Below, in pieces: positions 28,878 through 32,000 of a stretch of DNA of 32,000 nt. This DNA is from Vibrio cholerae ATCC 14035 (GTDB taxonomy: Bacteria > Pseudomonadota > Gammaproteobacteria > Enterobacterales > Vibrionaceae): assembly GCF_000621645.1 (NCBI RefSeq), contig NZ_JHXR01000004.1:120001-152000 (forward strand), written 5' to 3'. The notes beneath the pieces are model-generated. The model had not been told where the DNA came from, searched no databases, and saw only the letters and a list, made by a program, of their open reading frames with translations. A program made the position numbers and the translations under genes. Numbering within the stretch: the stretch's first letter is position 1; every line of letters starts with the position of its first letter.

Positions 28878-30419
28878 GTGCGTCTTGAAGTCCTCTGTGA
28901 AGACCGATTAGGTCTGACTCGCGAGTTACTGGATATTCTCGCCTCCAAAAGCATCGATCTGCGAGGGATCGAAATCGATGTGATCGGTATTATTTACCTC
29001 AATTGTCCTGATATTGATTTTGAAACCTTCAGTGAACTGATGGCGGAAATTCGCCGCATTCCCGGGGTGAAAGATGTCCGTAAAATCCAGTTCATGCCGA
29101 TTGAACGGCACAACACCGAATTGATTTCTCTGCTCAATAACTTGCCTGATGCGGTATTGGCGATCAACCTCAAAGGCGCGGTGGATATGGCTAACCACGC
29201 TGCGGCTGCATTGTTCAATCGTGAAGAATCCAGCATGATCGGCCAGCAAATTTCAGCCTTGATGCCCGTCTTCAACTTCACACGTTGGCTGGAAGGCAGT
29301 AAGTCTCGTCTGCGTGAAGATGTGGTCTTGGATGGACTGGATTATGTGATGGAAATCATGCCCGTTTACATTTCGAGCGATGCCAAACAATCCACCTTAG
29401 CCAGCGCGATGATGATGTTACGTGCTGCGAATGCGGGATTGACTAGCACAACTCAAATCCCACTACAGAGCAACTTAGGCTTTGAACATTTTGTGGGTGT
29501 TTCGAATCGACACAAAAGCCTGATGAGCCAAGCGAAAAAATTGGCCATGCTTGATCAACCTCTGCTGATTGAAGGGGAAACCGGCACAGGTAAAGAGATG
29601 CTCGCTAAGGCGTGCCATAACCGTTCGGATCGTTCTTCTGCACCCTTTTTGGTTCTGAGTTGCGCTTCGATGCCGGATGATGTGGCCGAAACCGAATTGT
29701 TTGGTCATGCGCCGGGATCTTTTAACCATCAACAAGGTCATAAAGGGATTTTTGAGCAAGCCAATGGTGGCACTGTATTTCTGGATGAAATTGGTGAAAT
29801 GAGTCCACATTTGCAAATTAAGCTGCTGCGCTTTTTGCAAGATGGCACTTTCCGTCGTGTCGGGGAGGAGCATGAAATCCACGTGGATGTGCGTGTGATT
29901 GCCTCCACGCGTCATAATTTAGCGGATTTGGCCGAGTCGCGCCGTTTTCGGGAGGACCTGTTCTACCGCCTCAATGTCTTGACGCTGCGTATTCCACCTC
30001 TGCGTGAACGCCCAAGTGATGTACAGCCGCTGCTTGAACTCTTCATCACCAAACACTGTAACAAGTTGGGCATGCTCAAACCTAAGTTGACCGACGATCT
30101 GCTGGATAAACTCAGTCAGTATCAGTGGCCGGGCAATATGCGCCAACTGGACAATATGGTGCTGCGTGCCTTAACTGAAATTGAAGGGGATGTGCTGGGT
30201 ATTGAACCGTTCCACCTACCGCAAGTGGACAGCGTAAGTTCTGCGCCTAGTATCAACCTCGATGGTTCGCTCGACGACATCATGAAGGAGTACGAATCGC
30301 AAGTGTTGGATCGTCTGTTCCAATCTTTTCCTTCCAGTCGTAAGTTGGCGAAAAGACTCAATGTTTCTCACACGTCGATCGCGAATAAGCTGAGGGATTA
30401 TGGAATAAGGAAGCGCTGA
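28878..30419 (+). CDS. tyrR: Transcriptional regulator TyrR (ACT-PAS-AAA+ sigma54-interaction-type-HTH)
   Basis: Collinear with E. coli TyrR starting at (M)RLEVLCEDRLGLTRELLDIL, giving 513 aa as in E. coli. The AAA+ motifs are GETGTGKE and GGTVFLDEIGEM. GTG at 28878 with AGGA upstream is preferred over the ORF-track TTG at 28806. Confidence 0.92.
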   Translation: MRLEVLCEDRLGLTRELLDILASKSIDLRGIEIDVIGIIYLNCPDIDFETFSELMAEIRRIPGVKDVRKIQFMPIERHNTELISLLNNLPDAVLAINLKGAVDMANHAAAALFNREESSMIGQQISALMPVFNFTRWLEGSKSRLREDVVLDGLDYVMEIMPVYISSDAKQSTLASAMMMLRAANAGLTSTTQIPLQSNLGFEHFVGVSNRHKSLMSQAKKLAMLDQPLLIEGETGTGKEMLAKACHNRSDRSSAPFLVLSCASMPDDVAETELFGHAPGSFNHQQGHKGIFEQANGGTVFLDEIGEMSPHLQIKLLRFLQDGTFRRVGEEHEIHVDVRVIASTRHNLADLAESRRFREDLFYRLNVLTLRIPPLRERPSDVQPLLELFITKHCNKLGMLKPKLTDDLLDKLSQYQWPGNMRQLDNMVLRALTEIEGDVLGIEPFHLPQVDSVSSAPSINLDGSLDDIMKEYESQVLDRLFQSFPSSRKLAKRLNVSHTSIANKLRDYGIRKR

Positions 30420-30994
30420 TGAATGGATTAAACAGCGAATGCCATTTCTATCAAACCGATGGTGACATTGTTGTACGCTGCGCGCAAATCAACGACGCCG
30501 AGCGTTTAAGCCAGTATTTTGTGGATAACCGAAGCCACTTGATTGAGTGGGAGCCAAGGCGTGAAGCTGAGTTTTTTACTGAGTCCGGCTGGCTGCAAAG
30601 GCTAATTAAGCTCAATGAATTGCACAAAATGAAGCTCGGTTACTATCTACTGATTTTGGATGCGCAAAATGATGCCATGTTAGGCACCATCTCATTTAGC
30701 AATATTATCCGCTTCCCATTCCATGCGTGTAATGTCGGTTACTCGCTGGCCTATGAGGCGCAAGGCAAAGGGATCATGACGCGTGCTTTGACGATGGCTT
30801 GTCAGTACATGTTTAGCGAGCACAACATGCATCGCATAATGGCTTCTTACATTCCGCACAATAAACGCAGTGAAAATGTGCTCAAACGCGTGGGTTTCGT
30901 GCTTGAGGGCCATGCTAAAGATTACTTACTGATCAACGGTAAATGGGAAGACCATAACCTGACTTCGCTGATCAATCCCAATTGGAAAGAATAA
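30419..30994 (+). CDS. GNAT-family N-acetyltransferase (RimJ/RimL-like)
   Basis: The acetyl-CoA-binding region is VGYSLAYEAQGKGIMTRAL...MHRIMASYIPHNKRSENVLKRVGF. The ATG overlaps the tyrR TGA by 1 nt (TGATG), with AAGGAAG 6 nt upstream. Confidence 0.85.
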   Translation: MNGLNSECHFYQTDGDIVVRCAQINDAERLSQYFVDNRSHLIEWEPRREAEFFTESGWLQRLIKLNELHKMKLGYYLLILDAQNDAMLGTISFSNIIRFPFHACNVGYSLAYEAQGKGIMTRALTMACQYMFSEHNMHRIMASYIPHNKRSENVLKRVGFVLEGHAKDYLLINGKWEDHNLTSLINPNWKE

Positions 30995-31088
30995 CCCGTT
31001 CGGCGAACCCCAAACCCTTTGGGAGCACGCAAAACACATTATTGAACAAGCGAGCCAAAACGGCTGGCTGAAAGTTTAAGGAAACTCA

Positions 31089-31562
31089 ATGTCTTATTTG
31101 CCTTTGGATCAATACCAAAGAAAATGGATTTTTACCCATGCGTCGATGCCAGTGCCTGAAGCTGATCTCGCTCAGATCAAACCCATGGAGCCACTACGCG
31201 CAGCACAATTTTGGAAGGAGAACATCAGTGCGACAAGTCCTGACGCTGAGCGTTTGAGCTCTCACGACTGGCCACGCAAAGCCAATAGCTGGTCTGGTGA
31301 GACAGGCTGGATGGCGGAGTGGGAGAGCGATGAACCAGAATTGCCGGAAGCATTGGCCGCCCACCTAGCATGGCAAGATGATGTCACCGTGTATTTCTGC
31401 TACGAGAAATACAACGTACTGGAGACCAAATGGTCAGTGTTTAAGCGCCATTGGAAGAACTTCCTGTTTTACGATGATGGCCCGTTTTTGCTTGGCCGCC
31501 GGCGTAAAGAAGCGCTCTGGTTCAGTAGCGAAGGCAAAGTAAAATTCGGGCAGCGCCCATAA
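31089..31562 (+). CDS. Hypothetical protein, Trp-rich and acidic (possibly the family annotated as DUF2947; assignment from memory and uncertain)
   Basis: AAGGA lies 7 nt upstream of the ATG, and a clean terminator follows directly. I recognise no catalytic motifs. Confidence 0.6.
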   Translation: MSYLPLDQYQRKWIFTHASMPVPEADLAQIKPMEPLRAAQFWKENISATSPDAERLSSHDWPRKANSWSGETGWMAEWESDEPELPEALAAHLAWQDDVTVYFCYEKYNVLETKWSVFKRHWKNFLFYDDGPFLLGRRRKEALWFSSEGKVKFGQRP

Positions 31563-31587
31563 AAAATCCGGCTTCGGCCGGATTTTT
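31561..31587. terminator. Bidirectional Rho-independent terminator
   Basis: AAAAA-ATCCGGC-ttcg-GCCGGAT-TTTT, between the hypothetical gene and the convergent transporter gene. Confidence 0.85.
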
Positions 31588-31629
31588 CTCTTCTTATTTC
31601 TTTCTTTCCTATGATTGACCGCGGTGCTT

Positions 31630-32000
31630 TTACTCTTGAGTCACTTTAGTCGGTGATTTCGCCGCGGACAGGGTAGAGCCCATGGACGCAGTAATGATCA
31701 TAAAAATCGCCAGCCACTGGCTCCATTGTAGAGTTTCACCCAAAATGGCTAACCCCGCCATCGCGGCAATCGCAGGCTCTAAGCTCATTAATACACTGAA
31801 ATGCTGTGTAGAGAGTCGGCTGAGTGCCACCATCTCAAGGCTATAAGGTAGGGCACTCGACATTACGGCGACCAGCAGTGCCATCGGCAGAATCGACCAG
31901 CTAAAAATCGAGGCTTCGGCCAATTGAGTGGCGATTGGGAAATAGATGACTGCGGCAACCAGCATCCCAATCGAAACCGTCATACCGCCTGAGCCTACGC
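31630..32000 (-). CDS. EamA/DMT-family transporter (RhtA-like), C-terminal part truncated by the window edge
   Basis: The hydrophobic C-terminal EamA repeat is ALPYSLEMVALSRLSTQHFSVLMSLEPAIAAMAGLAILGE. The reading frame stays open to position 32000, so the Met at 31983 is probably internal. Confidence 0.7.
   Translation of the reverse strand, partial: VGSGGMTVSIGMLVAAVIYFPIATQLAEASIFSWSILPMALLVAVMSSALPYSLEMVALSRLSTQHFSVLMSLEPAIAAMAGLAILGETLQWSQWLAIFMIITASMGSTLSAAKSPTKVTQE

Noticed and set aside
30972-31079. A 36-codon open frame after the GNAT gene reading ...NPFGEPQTLWEHAKHIIEQASQNGWLKV*, which looks like the C-terminus of a real protein and could be a gene remnant.
   Set aside because: It has no start codon and is too short to be statistically meaningful. 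I cannot match it to any family without a search. A TBLASTN or BLASTP of the peptide would settle it.

Overview
This window looks like conserved core chromosome of a Vibrio, probably V. cholerae-like. That is an inference from gene content, E. coli-type synteny blocks (opgGH, pabB-nudL-sdaA, ycjX-ycjF-tyrR) and ERIC-type repeats. I support 24 protein-coding genes: a LacI-family regulator, opgH and opgG, two methyl-accepting chemotaxis proteins, a cNMP/CBS/DUF294 nucleotidyltransferase coupled to a DEDDh exonuclease, aspC, an HD-GYP phosphodiesterase, thiD, asnS, queD, sdaA, sdaC, nudL, pabB, class I fumarase, a 61-aa membrane protein, ycjX, ycjF, tyrR, a GNAT acetyltransferase, a Trp-rich hypothetical protein and a partial EamA/DMT transporter. 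I see no rRNA, tRNA, CRISPR array, integrase, transposase, phage genes or recognisable defence island, so I cannot point to a clear novel multi-gene system. The unusual content is mostly non-coding. At least seven copies or derivatives of a ~128-bp ERIC/IRU-like hairpin element lie in intergenic DNA. One full-length copy sits inside the variable P3 arm of the TPP riboswitch upstream of thiD. Under-characterised coding content includes the translationally coupled nucleotidyltransferase-exonuclease pair, an MCP with a periplasmic CxxCH haem-c motif, and the YcjX/YcjF pair. Starts for opgG, MCP-1, the DUF294 gene, aspC, the HD-GYP gene, thiD, asnS and tyrR were moved inward from the ORF track, based on homologue N-termini, ATG versus TTG codons or Shine-Dalgarno placement. 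All similarity statements come from memory of protein families; no searches were run.
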